From assembly GCF_018977255.1 (NCBI RefSeq), contig NW_024704742.1, positions 79,238,001-79,302,000 on the forward strand: a stretch of 64,000 nt of DNA, given 5' to 3'. The translations under genes were made by a program, and so were the position numbers. This DNA is from Callorhinchus milii. Its lineage: Eukaryota. Of this stretch, positions 11,243-23,321 are shown piece after piece. Below the pieces are notes generated by a model. That model saw only the letters and a program-made list of their open reading frames with translations, had not been told where the DNA came from and did no database searches. Numbering within the stretch: position 1 is the first letter of the stretch; each line of letters starts with the position of its first letter.

Positions 11243-14056
11243 TCTGGAGGACTGATGGGAATCCCCTTGGGATCTTTAACATCCATCTGAACAGGCAGAC
11301 AGGACTCGGTTTAACACCTCATCTGAAGGATAGACCCAATCAGGTATATTTAATTAAATATTTTAATGTAGTGTCTTCTACCAGATTATGCATAAAAATC
11401 AGTTTTAATTACCGTATGTCCTTTCCAAGCAATTTTACCCTTCTAGACAATCCAATTAGCAAAGTCATAAATGAAGAATGGGTTTCAGGCAAAACCTTTA
11501 TAATATTCAAGGACTCAGTGGAATAATTTTGCTGAAACACAGCTAAGGTGCATTTGAAAAGGGCTTGATTTTACATGCTATTTACACCTTTTATACATAT
11601 TCTTAGATTATATTTTTCAGCCTCGGTGTGTACTTTTTCTTGTAATTAAACCTTTCCATAATCACTTTCTTTTAAATTATGCATTTTTTGTTCTGTTATT
11701 AATGTCATGCAGTTTCGACATTAATTTATTTCAAATGAGTTTGGGGGAAACTATGCTTCTGAGTGTAGGGTTTGGCACTGGTTTACTTCACTCGAAGTAT
11801 TCCTGGCCGACTATTCATGGAAGAGCAACATTTGAAGGACAAAAATTTCACATAACCAAGATATTTCTTTGACTTCCAAAATCAGGAGTATTGGAACGAG
11901 TGCAGGATATAAGTAAGTGTCATTTTCCCCGAATCTGATTTTTGAGTCTAAGTTACAGCCAACATGAAACATTCTATTGGGATTATTGTCCCAACCTTAT
12001 TTGCTCACCATCTATAATTAAGGCTGCTGCATTTGGATTTACAAATGGAGTCCAATGTCATCAGACTTAAGCCAGCTTCACACAGATGGTATCTATTGCA
12101 CACCAATCCTTGGAAGCATTCAGGATTATATGTTCCTGAAATTTCATTGTTTCCCATTGCTCCTGAAAAGAAATGTTTCCCAAATCAAGGTTGAATATAA
12201 CAATTTTTCACAAGTCATTTGGTCGTGGCTATTGTCATCTCTTGTAGGCTGCACATGTGCAGGAAATGGCATTGACATCATTTTGAAAAGAAAGTGGCAT
12301 CAATGGTGACCTTACAGCCTGCAGGTTTGTTCTTTTCAGCATGGGAAGCCAGCAAGTAATGAAGTAACGTCAGCAGCAACCTGATATCGGCCATTTTTGA
12401 AGTTGGCCATTTTAACATTAGAAGTTGGCTATTTTTCCTGAGACATTAGACCCAATCACTATGTCCTAAGTTGTTTATTCTCTCCCTTTTGATGCGTATG
12501 TATATTTTCTTGAACAGCAGACTACAACTGTTTTCAACAACTGTATTTGTACACTGGCTTTGGAACAGTACTGTCATTCCCTGTGCAGTATCTACACTTT
12601 GGAAGACAGCAAATTGAATTTGGTGTTTTTGTAGCAGGAACATCGCTTGAATAACATTGGACTGCGGGCCGCCTGATTTGAGTGATTTGATCTGATTTCA
12701 TTGTTTGAAATCAATTGTGCGCAGTCAGTTTGAGGTGGGAGTTTTCAGTAGTTAAGTCGAGCTACATTAAGTGTCATCGGCCTAAACTATGTGAAGCAAT
12801 CGGGAAAAGGGGAAAAAATTAAACTCAAAGTCAGTTTGGTCGAGTCTCTTTGTTGACAGCATTTACCAATGACATGATAATTGTTACCAGTGAAAATTAA
12901 CACATCACAGCTTGTAATTTTCATACCATCGTCAATTATTGAATCCAAATCTAACAATATATATATGGAATTTTGCTTCATATATGTATAATTACAAAAA
13001 TGACAGAGCAAAAGAATTGTCATTGAAGCAGAATTGTAACATGAATTGTATTTTGCAAAGAAAATGACCGTTGGGATCCAGTATGCAGTGATTTCTACTG
13101 GAATTACCAATCAAGTGGAAGATTGTCAAATGCTAACTCTCTTTCCCTCGTCAGAAAGTAGGTCAGGTCGGAATGGAGCACCTTGCACCACAATTTACTT
13201 TTTATTTTCCTTATTAAGGAATCCCATTGGAACTTTTCATTTATTAGATCCCATTATCTTCTCCATCTGTGCAACGACAAATCTGAAACCTTATGTTTGC
13301 ATCTTGATCATGAGGGATGTCTCATAATGATATTTTACATTGATTTTGGGGGGGCTTTCGAGCACTCAAAGTACTATTAAAAAAAAATACAAGTTAGATC
13401 CTTTAACATTGATCTGCAGGACAGTAAATTGTATAATGACACTGAAACCTTTAGTACTCACCAGTTAGAAACTGAATTTTAAGAGGTAATTCGCTGACCC
13501 TATTGTAAGCTCACAGTCAATATGTTTAGCGAAACCAGTGATTCACCCACTAAAAGTACATTAACAAAGATGATTTTACTATATCCAACTTTTTCTACTT
13601 CAACACAGGAACGTTGGAGAGGTGGGAGGTAGCAAAATTCCAATGGGTTAAGACAAACTTTTTTGTTAGCATTTCAGTGAGTGCAAATTTTAGACAATTC
13701 TTGAATTTTTCAAATCAGTGGCAATTTTGAAGGCAGTTTTCTGCAATTCTTGAAACAAATACAGAGAACCAACTGCAAAATTAAGAGCAAATGTAAGAAT
13801 TCATAGAATTATAGAAATGTATAGCACAGAAGGAGGGCATTCACCCCATTGAGTCTGCGTTGCTTTTCAGATCATGCGGTACTTTCGATCCCAATGCTCT
13901 TCTATATTCCTATACTCCTACAAACCTCTAATTGTCACCCTTGAAAGCGATCAAAGTGTCAATCGAGGCTCAGTGAAATTTATCCTCTGAAGACCACTGC
14001 AATGAAACTATTTTTAAAACATCTCAAAGCAGGTCACCAGATTTATTGTAAAGAAT

Positions 14057-14900
14057 AACAACAACAAAATTAGATTTATAGAGCGCCTTTCACGTCGGGA
14101 GGACATCCCAAGGTACTGAACAGTCAGAAGTCGGGACTAGAGCATGGGGGAGGGGTGGGGTAGGGGTGAGGAAAGCCAGAGAGGTGGGTGGGAGACTGAA
14201 GGCACGATTGAAGAGAAAGGTCTTGAGAAAGGTCTTGAAGGAGGCAAGGGAGGAAGCGAGGCGAAGGGACCGAGGGATGGAGTTCCAGAGTGTGGGGGCA
14301 GGGAGGCTGAAAGCCCGACCACTGATGGTAGGGCGGGTCGGGCGGGAGACATGGAGCAGACCAAAGCCCGCTGAACGGAGGGAGCAGGCAGGTTGGTAGG
14401 GAGTCAGCAGGTCAGAGAGGTAGGAAGGAGCAAGGCCATGGATGGCTTTGAAAGAGAGGATGAGGATCTTGAATTTAATCCTCTGAGGGATGGGGAGCCA
14501 GTGGAGTCGGACGAGGGTGGGAGTGATGGGGTCACGGAGCCTGGTGCATGAGAGTACATGAGCTGCAGAGTTTTGGATGACCTGCAGCTTGTGAAGAGAA
14601 GAGTTGGGAAGGCCGATGAGGAGGGAATTTCCATAATCAAGCCTTGATGTGACGAATGTGTGGGTGAGGGTTTGGGCAGCCTGAGGAGTGAGGCAGTGGC
14701 GGAGTTTGGCAATGTTGCGGAGGTGGTGGTAGGCAGTGCTGGTCATGGCGTGGATTTGGGGGAGAAAGGGCAGTTCAGGATCAAACAAGATACCCAGGTT
14801 CCTGACTGGCTTAGTGAGGTTGAGTGTGCAGCTGTGGAGGCTGATGCTGCCAGCGCCCGAGGTGCGGAGGCGCTGGCGCGAGCAAAACAGGAGGGCCCTC
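14057..14900 (-). mobile_element. 5'-truncated L2 LINE (ORF2 C-terminus and 3'UTR)
   Basis: ORF 14090-14788 contains HLRNIAKLR, FVTSRLDYGNSLL, LQVIQNSAA, LHWLP, RIKFK and LWNSIP. (TTG)n tail. Confidence 0.95.
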
Positions 14901-15772
14901 TTTCAGGACTTGATGTCGGACAGGCAGTAAAGTGCAATGACTGTGTATTTGTAGGTGAATTAGGCAAAGAATCTGTGCCCAACAATGTCCCAATTAACAA
15001 TGAAGTGAATGAACAATTTTATCTGGGAACTTGTTACTCAGGACAATGGGAAAAACTCACTTTTTGAATTGTGTCATGCGGTCTTTAATATCCACCTTGG
15101 ACAAGCAGATGGAACATTAGTTTAACGTCTCATCACAAAGACTTTACATCAATATCAATTAAGAAATTTAAAGAACACATCTGTGGCATTCCTTAATGTG
15201 TCCCTTGACGTAATTAGCAAAGAAAAACTGCAGATTTTGCCTTCATGTTTAGAATAACTGAGGATCAAAATATGTAAAGAATATTAAAGTATCTTTGGTC
15301 AAATTATCCCTTACACCATCAAATTTAAAAAGGGAGACAGGTTGTTGAGTTGCCAATCTGTACATTTGCTAGTGGTTTGCAATGCCATATATTATTCAGT
15401 TTAATTGTTGATTTAAAGTATCTTCAGATCACATATTTTGTGTAGGATTTCCTTGCTTTCGTGTAATGTAAATAGTTAATGCTGCTCTCAGGTTCATTGA
15501 TCCTATCATGACGTAAATTGAACAATGTCAGTCTGTTCAGGCAGAAGTTAAAGATCCCATATCACCACTTGAACTGAAAGATTAGTCATACACTTCCTGG
15601 CCATTTGTGTGACATCCCTATATACAAATTGGCTGCCTACAAAAGCCCAGTCTATAAGTATTTAACAACAATTACAACAATAAAGCGCATTGAGTCATTT
15701 GTACATAATAAATGCTATAAAAATGCAAGATGTAATATTTTGTTATTATTATGCTTGCAGGGGCGAGTGAGA

Positions 15773-15903
15773 ACAACAACAACAACAACAAGATTCCATT
15801 TATAGAGCGCCTTTCACGTCAGGAGGACGTCCCAAGGCGCTGCACAGTTGGGTCATGACCCGAGCAGGGGGGAAATGGTCAGGGTGAGGGGAGGGAAGGG
15901 AGA
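15773..15903 (-). mobile_element. Young L2 3' end
   Basis: (AAC)n followed by aagattccatttatagagcgcctttcacgtcaggaggacgtcccaaggcgc. Matches the 3' end of the L2 at 49951-50844. Confidence 0.9.
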
Positions 15904-16347
15904 AGAATGGTTTGTGGTGAAAATCCTCCAGGAATTCTAGGGAATGGTTTATCCTGTCTACTCCTTCAGCATGGCCATTTTATTAAAAAAATCTTAGAAA
16001 GTTTTTTTTAAATTCTGGTCCCAAGTGGATATATCCACCATTTGCTTCATTGGCGGATTGCATTTCCGGGAGTAATAATCCCTTCCAAGTAAATACATAA
16101 AATAATAATAATTTGGTCACTAAATCCATGACTGTTTGCGGTTGCCGCATTTCACCCACAAAATATACAGTCAATTCACTTCACAATGTATCTTGTGAAG
16201 GGCTTTGAGATGTCTCGATGATGTGATAAGTGCCATATTAAATGTAAGGATTATTATTATTTAAGATCAGGAGGCAATTCAGTAAATTTTAGAGTAGAGT
16301 TCTACTTATGAGATATATAACATTCTCCTGTGTTTCACTGTGATCTT

Positions 16348-16661
16348 TAATAATAATAATAAATAATCATTGCATTTGATATAGCGCTTCTTCACTTCTT
16401 CTAGACGTCTCAAAGCGCTTCACAGAATAGAATGTATAGTGAATCGACTGTATATTTGTGAGCAAAACACAGCAGCCAATTGCGCACAGCAGTGTCCCAC
16501 AAACAGTCGTAGATTGAAGTGACCAATTTTTTTTTTTTTTTTTAAGGATTATTATCAGGCGTGTGGAGTAAGGAAACTTGCCCAAGGTTTCGCCCTGCTG
16601 GGAATCAAACCCAAGTCTCTCGCTTGCGAGGCAAGTGCTCTATCCACTGAGCTACAGGACT
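16348..16661 (-). mobile_element. Family A SINE
   Basis: Full-length reverse-complement copy from tail to ccactgagctacaggac. Confidence 0.9.
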
Positions 16662-17736
16662 TTAGAGCCCATTCAATCCTATCAAGATACCTGAATAGAG
16701 CAAATACAGCTGGGTCTGTGAATTCATTCAAGAATAAATGAGTACAGTAAGCCAGAAATGTAATTGATGTGCTTCTCTGCAACTATATATTCCGTCTTAG
16801 ACAGGCAATTTAACCTGCACTTTTTTTAAAAATTTCATCTTCCATAGCCTGCTGGCTTATGTAACACCACTTGGGGGAAAATCTAGTGCTTTGTTTGCGC
16901 CCTTGGGATGGATACTTTCTACAAGACTGATTAAACTGGCTACAATTGAGTATGAGCCAAATACCTCAAGTCTTTTGAACTCCAAAGAAAATCTGATCCA
17001 TAGTTAAAGTAACTAGTGAAAACGAGATTCGAGTGAAAATTAGATTCAGCTCCACATTTTCTTGTAGGTTTGGATGTTTTGAACGATAATAAAAATAATA
17101 TTATTAAAAGATAATACAAGACTGTAAAAAAAAGGAAATGCAGATTAGGTATGACATGGATTGATTATAAGAAAGCATTTGACAGTATTCCTCATAGCTG
17201 CATTATTATATGCATGGAGATGTATAGTGTACTTAGCCCAGCGCTTTTAAACTTCATAAATAGTGCAATGAAGAAATGGAAAACTAAATTATCTTACAAT
17301 ATGTAGAGGGGGTATCATTATGACAAATAAAATGAAAGACATTTTCCAGGGGGATTCATTTTCATCACATTGTATCTCCTTATTCACTCTCAGCTCGGAA
17401 CTAAAAAACAATCAATGTGACCGTCAACTGAAAAATGCCACTCAAACAAAGAATGCTGACCACCTGCTCCATATGAATGACCTAAAACTATTTGGTAAAA
17501 ATGATAAAGAATTAGAAGAACAACTGAAAATATTAAACTACAGTGATGAGAAGCTTGGATTAGATAAATGTGCCAAAGCAACCTTTATTGATGAAAAACT
17601 GCAAAAAATCTGAGAACATCCAGCTGGACCACAATACAACAATAAGAGAACTAAATCAAAATGAAGTTTACACACAACTTAGAGTAATTATAAGTGAGGC
17701 AATAGATCATAAAGGCCTGAGATCAAAAGTTGTTTC

Positions 17737-18093
17737 CACCTCTGCAACCTCCTAATCCCTACCATGCTGCCCGCTCCCTCCGCTCAGTGAGCTCCAGCCT
17801 GCTTTAAGTCCTCCGCCTCACCCGCACCACCATTGGTGTGTCTTCTCCCACTCTGCTCCCACCCTCTGAAATTCCATCACGCAGTCCCTCTGCCTCGCCC
17901 CCACCCTTGCCTCCTTCAAGACCCATCTCAAGACCCTCCTCTTTGACTGTGTTTTCGATCACCCTGCTTCCCCCCTGCCCTCCACCCTCCCCATTTCCAA
18001 CCCCCAGCTTGGGTCCGAAACACTGACTGTCCAGCGCCTTGGGAGACCCTCCCAACGTGAAAGGCACGATACAAATGTAATTTTGTTGTTGTT
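17737..18093 (+). mobile_element. L2 3' fragment nested in the R4/Dong fossil
   Basis: Pyrimidine-rich L2 body, gcgccttgggagaccctcccaacgtgaaaggcac, (TTG)n. gttgtttc occurs at both junctions. Confidence 0.85.
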
Positions 18094-18168
18094 TCTAAAT
18101 ACATAAGAAGAGTACACTTGGTACTTAAAACAGAGTTTAATGCCAGAAATAAAATATTTTATTTATTT

Positions 18169-18490
18169 GGAGCCCTGTAGCTCAGTGGTTAGAGCACTCA
18201 CCTCGCAAGCAAGAGACCTGGGTTCAAATCCTGGTAGGGCAAAACCTTGGGCAAGTTTCCTTACTCCACATGCCTAATAATAATCCTTGAAGAAAAAAAA
18301 CAGTAATAAATTGGTCACTTCAATCCACGACTGTCTGAGGGACACTGCTGTGTGCAATTGGCTGCCTTGTTTCACCCACAAGTACGCAGTCAATTCACTT
18401 TACAATATATTCTGTGAAGCACTTTGAGATGTCTAGAAGACATGAAAAACGCTACATCAAATGCAAGGATTATCAAATGCAAGGATTTTA
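18169..18490 (+). mobile_element. Family A SINE nested in the R4/Dong fossil
   Basis: Full head to tail with duplicated tcaaatgcaaggatt. attttattta lies at 18156-18165 and 18485-18494. Confidence 0.9.
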
Positions 18491-18636
18491 TTTACTATTA
18501 ATGCAATTCAAATACCAGTTATAACCTATAGCTTCTGTATAATGAATTGATTGGACAATCAAAGATCTGAAAGCTATCGATAGAAAAACGTGAAAACTGT
18601 TGACTATTCATGGCATAAATGACCTAACAGCTGATG

Positions 18637-18725
18637 GCTGACCTTAAAGGTCAGCCATGATCTAATGGAATGGCGCAACATGCTCGAGGGGTTGAATGGC
18701 CTACTTCTGTCCCTATATTCCTATG
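18637..18725 (+). mobile_element. CR1/HE1-type 3' end fragment nested in the R4/Dong fossil
   Basis: tcagccatgatctaatggaatggcg...ctcgaggggttgaatggcctacttctgtccctatattcctatg resembles shark CR1-type 3' termini. Confidence 0.7.
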
Positions 18726-18744
18726 TTCAATGTTTCTATATAAT

Positions 18745-18832
18745 AAGGAAGGAAGGAAGGAAGGAAGGAAGGAAGGAAGGAAGGAAGGAAGGAAGGAAGG
18801 AAGGAAGGAAGGAAGGAAGGAAGGAAGGAAGG
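18745..18832. repeat. (AAGG)22 microsatellite
   Basis: Perfect 88-bp tetranucleotide array. Confidence 0.98.
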
Positions 18833-18971
18833 ATGAGGCCTGATGGAAATGAAAGTATCTTACAAATCAGTAATTGTATGATTAGCTGTATACATCAGAA
18901 CAAACCCCAATGACAGTAGCAAAATGATAGAAAAGCATCAATAAAGAAGCATTCAAGATCTTCTTTATTGT

Positions 18972-19558
18972 GGAGTCCTGTAGCTCAGTGGTTAGAGCAC
19001 TCACTTTGCAAGCGAGAGACCTGAGTTCAATTCCGGGCAGGGCGAAACCTTGGGCAAGTTTCCTTACTTCACACGCCTAATAATAATCCCTCCAAAAAAA
19101 CAAAACAATAATAAATTGGTCATTTTCAATCTATGACTGTTTGTGGGACATTGCTGTGCGCAATTGGCTGCCGCGTTCGCCCATAAATATACAGTCAATT
19201 CACTTTACAGTGTGTTCTTCAGCTCCCTTCTCGACTCTCTTCCCCCTCCTCGCTCCCTCCCTTCCCTCCCCTCACCCTGACCATTTCCCCGCTCCTCGCT
19301 CCCTCCCTTCCCTCCCCTCACCCTGACCATTTCCCCCCTACTCGCTCCCTCTCTTCCCTCCCCTCACCCTGACCATTTCCCCCTGCTCGGGTCATGACCC
19401 AACTGTGCAGCGCCTTGGGACGTCCTCCTGACGTGAAAGGCGCTTTATAAATGGAATCTTGTTGTTGTTGTTGTTGTTGTTCTGTGAAGCGTTTTGGGAC
19501 GTCCTCCTGACGTGAAAAGCGCTATATCAAATGCAAGGATTATTATTATTATTATTAT
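18972..19558 (+). mobile_element. Family A SINE carrying a nested L2 3' end (~19219-19483)
   Basis: SINE is interrupted at cagtgtgttct and resumes at gtgaagcg. The insert ends in ggaatct(tgt)n. Confidence 0.93.
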
Positions 19559-20278
19559 AAGATCAAAGAAGAATATGACATCCATCAAAAAGAAATAGAG
19601 AGTAGTTCAACTAAACCAACAAAAGGCACGTAGTATGAAAATTGTCCTTAAAAATTAAATGATATATTGCATAAAAAATAAATGGGAGAAGAAAATCATG
19701 TATGCTCAGTTTCCAAGAGAAATGAAAGCACAAGGCCTGTTTGTGAACCAATGCTACCGCTGAATAAATAGCAAGGATTTGAAAGCTAAAACAGAAGCTC
19801 TTATAATATCAGCACAAGACCAAGCTATTACTTACTACCTGTTAATATGAAAATAAGATTTTGAAGATAAACATTAATCCAAAATGCCAAATATGGGTAC
19901 CTCTCTACCCTCCACCCTTCCTGATCCTAATGCACCCCCCAACTCGGGTCCTAATCCCTGACTGTTTCGTGCCTTGGGAAGCTCCTCCTGACGTGAAAGG
20001 CGCTTTACAAATGAAATTTTGTATTGCATTGAAGCAACTATCCCTAGTGACTACAAAACACAAAATAAGGATATCAGAAAGAATGTTCATCTGCAAATTA
20101 AATGCAGACACATGGGACAGTGCAAGACAAGCACAGTACAAGACAAGACTTTGATTTGTTATTGACCTGAATGAACAATCATCGGTGTGACTGGGAGTGT
20201 TGATTAGACCATTCGGAAATGGCCTGACAAGGTACTCAGTGCACAAAATGTCCACCTCCTGCAGATAGTACCTATTTT

Positions 20279-20490
20279 ATAATAAATAATATTAATAATC
20301 CTTGCATTGATGTAGCGCTTTTCATGTCTTCTAGACATCTCAAAGCGCTTCACAGAATAGACTGTAAAGTGAATTGACTGTATATTTGTGTGGAGTAAGG
20401 AAACTTGCCCAAAGTTTCACCTTGCCTGGAATTGAGCCCAGGTGTCTCGCTTGCAAGGCAAGTGTTCTAACCACTGAGCCGCAGGACTCC
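20279..20490 (-). mobile_element. Family A SINE with internal deletion of the Deu domain
   Basis: tatatttgtg is joined directly to tggagtaagg. Confidence 0.85.
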
Positions 20491-21060
20491 TCCAATTTAA
20501 GAAACTCAAACTTACAAGGGAAAGTAACATCCATTGCAAGTGGCAGTATTATTGGTCTGGCTGACCGATCACTGAAAACCAATTAGAAATTACTTCTACA
20601 GAGGGTTTTTGATTGTTATAACATAATTATAAAAATATTAATAATCCTTGCATTTGAAATAGCACATTATCATGTTGTCGAAATGTGTCGAAGCGCTTCA
20701 AAGGAATTACTGTTGTGCCTTTGTATTTTTGATGGCAAATTTGGGACCCAATTTGCAAACAAAAATGTTTCACAAACAGCCATGACGTGAGAGACTAATT
20801 TTATCTCGTACTTTCGTATTTTATTTTAGTCCATACTCTAGGAGAAACATTTGGCGTTTCAAAACATTTAGGTTTGAAGCTAGCAAAGTTTTGTTATCAG
20901 CCTGGATGAACAATTTAAATTCAGATATGAAATGTAATAGGATGTGGTTATCTTTGGTCCTGTGGATGATCATGGAAATAATATATAAGAAGATTGCTGC
21001 CGGAAGCAATTCAGACATCTACATCAACTCTCTAACCACTGTCAGAGATTGTGGAGCTAA

Positions 21061-21331
21061 ACAACAACAACAACAAGATTCCATTTATTGAGCGCCTTTC
21101 ACGTCGGGAGGACATCTCAAGGCGCTGTACAGTTGGGTCAGGACCCGAGCAGGGGGGAAATGGTCAGGGTGAGGGGAGGGAAGGGAGGGAGCGAGGAGGG
21201 GGTAGAGAGTCGAGAGGGAAGCTGAAGGCACGGTCAAAGAGAAAGTTCTTGAGACCGACCTTGAAGGAGGAAAGGGAGGAGGCAAGGCAATGGCACTGGG
21301 GGATAGAGTTCCAGAGCCTAGGGGCTGAGAC
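21061..21331 (-). mobile_element. Young L2 3' fragment
   Basis: Near-identical reverse complement of ~50575-50844. Confidence 0.92.
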
Positions 21332-23321
21332 TTAAATAATTAAGATTGAAGGAAAAGTAGTTTAAGTGAGGAAAGAGAAGTCAGAGAACACTGGTGAGTG
21401 TGACTTTGAGAAGGTTGGCTCAGACTTAGAACCACTGTAAAGCAAATATCAGATAAAATGTATTCTGAGTCATCAGCCCTGGAGCTTCACAACTACAGCT
21501 AAAGCCTGTCAGCAGTGATAAGCAGAATGGGTTTTGGCAGCCTAGACCAAGTCCCAAAGGACACACAAGCTACCTTTATATTCATATAGAATGAAGAGTG
21601 TTTGAGATCTGACCAACTCACATCTTGGCTAGACTGTGGAGGATTCATGAAACGGAACCGCTACCTGTTTTTAATGAATACAGTGATGCCAATGGTGTGC
21701 TTGAGTCAACAAAGTTTTGTTTAACAGACTCTAGGAAGTCTAATCTCATGCTAAGAATCAGATTGAAGTCTGTACAGTTTGTGATCTGAATAATAAGTTC
21801 TGACATTCTCTATGTAACTGAAGTGGGTTGAGGGTGGGGGAGAAAAAAATAGAAAGAGAGAAAAATCAAACAAAAACAGATCTGGTGTTTCAACTAAATA
21901 ACATCTGAGTTGGTGCATGCAAATCACTACACTACATCAGCATGAATGGAAAATAATTAAAACGCCGAAACTGAAATCCCTGCTTCATATTCGCTGGTTA
22001 TCAGCTGAGCCATTCATGGACTGTGATAATTACAGTAAAACTCACATGGAGATCGTGCATTTGCTTAAATTTCATTCAAGCTTTAGTATGCAATTCTCCT
22101 GTGGATGCCGAAGTACTAATATTTGCCATCAGATCCATTACACTAAAATCTTTTTCTTATTTAATTTTCTTTCATTTAATTCCAATATGTTTAAATTGTC
22201 AGTTAGTGCTGTTTAAATACACAAACATCAAAAACTACCTGAAAGATAATACTACAGTGCAGACTCTGAATCTAATTTGGTTTGCTTTTTGGTTTTGATC
22301 AGGCAGATATCTGCTTAGGAACAGACTATGAGTTCCACATATGTATTCTGTCATTCTTTTGTTAACCATGTCACTTTAGAGCCAGCTCCAAGGAAACCCT
22401 GTTTACTTCCCCTCCAAGGAGGATTGCCAGCTTCTTGGAGGATGGTTATACTTCCACGTATGAAAATACATCAGTTTTATTAACTGATAAAGGGAATCTT
22501 GACAATAGTTCTTAGAATGTTTGAATTTCATTTAATTTTACTGTAAAATATTGTTACATTATTTCCATATTCCAGCTCAGAATATGTTACCGATGGACAT
22601 TTTACTGGACCTCTCACTCTTTAGTAAGGAGACATTACATCTCGATTTGTGCCTTGGTTCAAATGGCATTGGTTTGAATTCATGGTAAACTCAAATGAGT
22701 TGAGGCTGCTCATGTCACTATTAGGTTGAAATTTTGAATGACATAACAGTGTCTTTGGCAACGCTTGATTATCATGGGGAAACTCCATTAGCACCCCTCA
22801 TCACTAAAGACAACAACAACAAATTGCATTGATATAGCATCTTCATTTCGGGAGATCGTTCCATGGCGCTGGGCAATGAAGTGCTTGCACCCGAGCTGCA
22901 GGTTGGGATCAGACGTGGAACGTTGAATGGAATTTCAGCCCATATATGTCCTTAGGAAGTATTAAATTATTTCCCAAACAGAAGCATTGGGGCTTTACTT
23001 CAAATTGAAATACACAAAGAGGTGGGTATCATCATCCATTTATTCCAGTTCACAGCTTGAGACTATTCAATGTCCTGTAACTTCTCAATGATGGTACTTC
23101 TCTCCAGTTTAAAGGATTGCCACTGAAGCAGGGTGAAAAACATTGGCTGCTGAGTAAATTGATATGGTTGTCAACATTGTTGTTATCCATCTTTTCAAGC
23201 AGGAAAGTTTTCCTGACATTCTAGGGCCTGAGCTGTAGCAAGAAACACTGCTCCATAAACTATGACATTTTCAGTGATATGTTGTGCTCATTAAAAAATA
23301 GGGAACTGAACACTTAATCAA

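Larger units (their letters stand above)
17100..20280 (+). mobile_element. Fossil R4/Dong-clade (RLE-type) non-LTR retrotransposon ORF, fragmented by nested insertions
   Basis: Ordered motifs: GMTWIDYKKAFDSIPHS, IFQGDSFS, HLLHMNDLKLFGKN, GLDKCAK, YIRRVHLVLKTEFNARNKI, IPVITYSF, DLKAIDRKT*KLLTIHG, RKEG..G*GL, WEKKIMYAQFPRE, DLKAKTEALIISAQDQA, NPKCQI, IEATIPSD, IIGVTG. Many stops and frameshifts. Confidence 0.85.

Noticed and set aside
12787..13110. 107-aa minus-strand ORF
   Set aside because: No recognisable motif or splice structure. Length is within chance expectation.
14144..14399. Gly/Glu/Arg-rich plus-strand ORFs
   Set aside because: Antisense shadows of the L2 element
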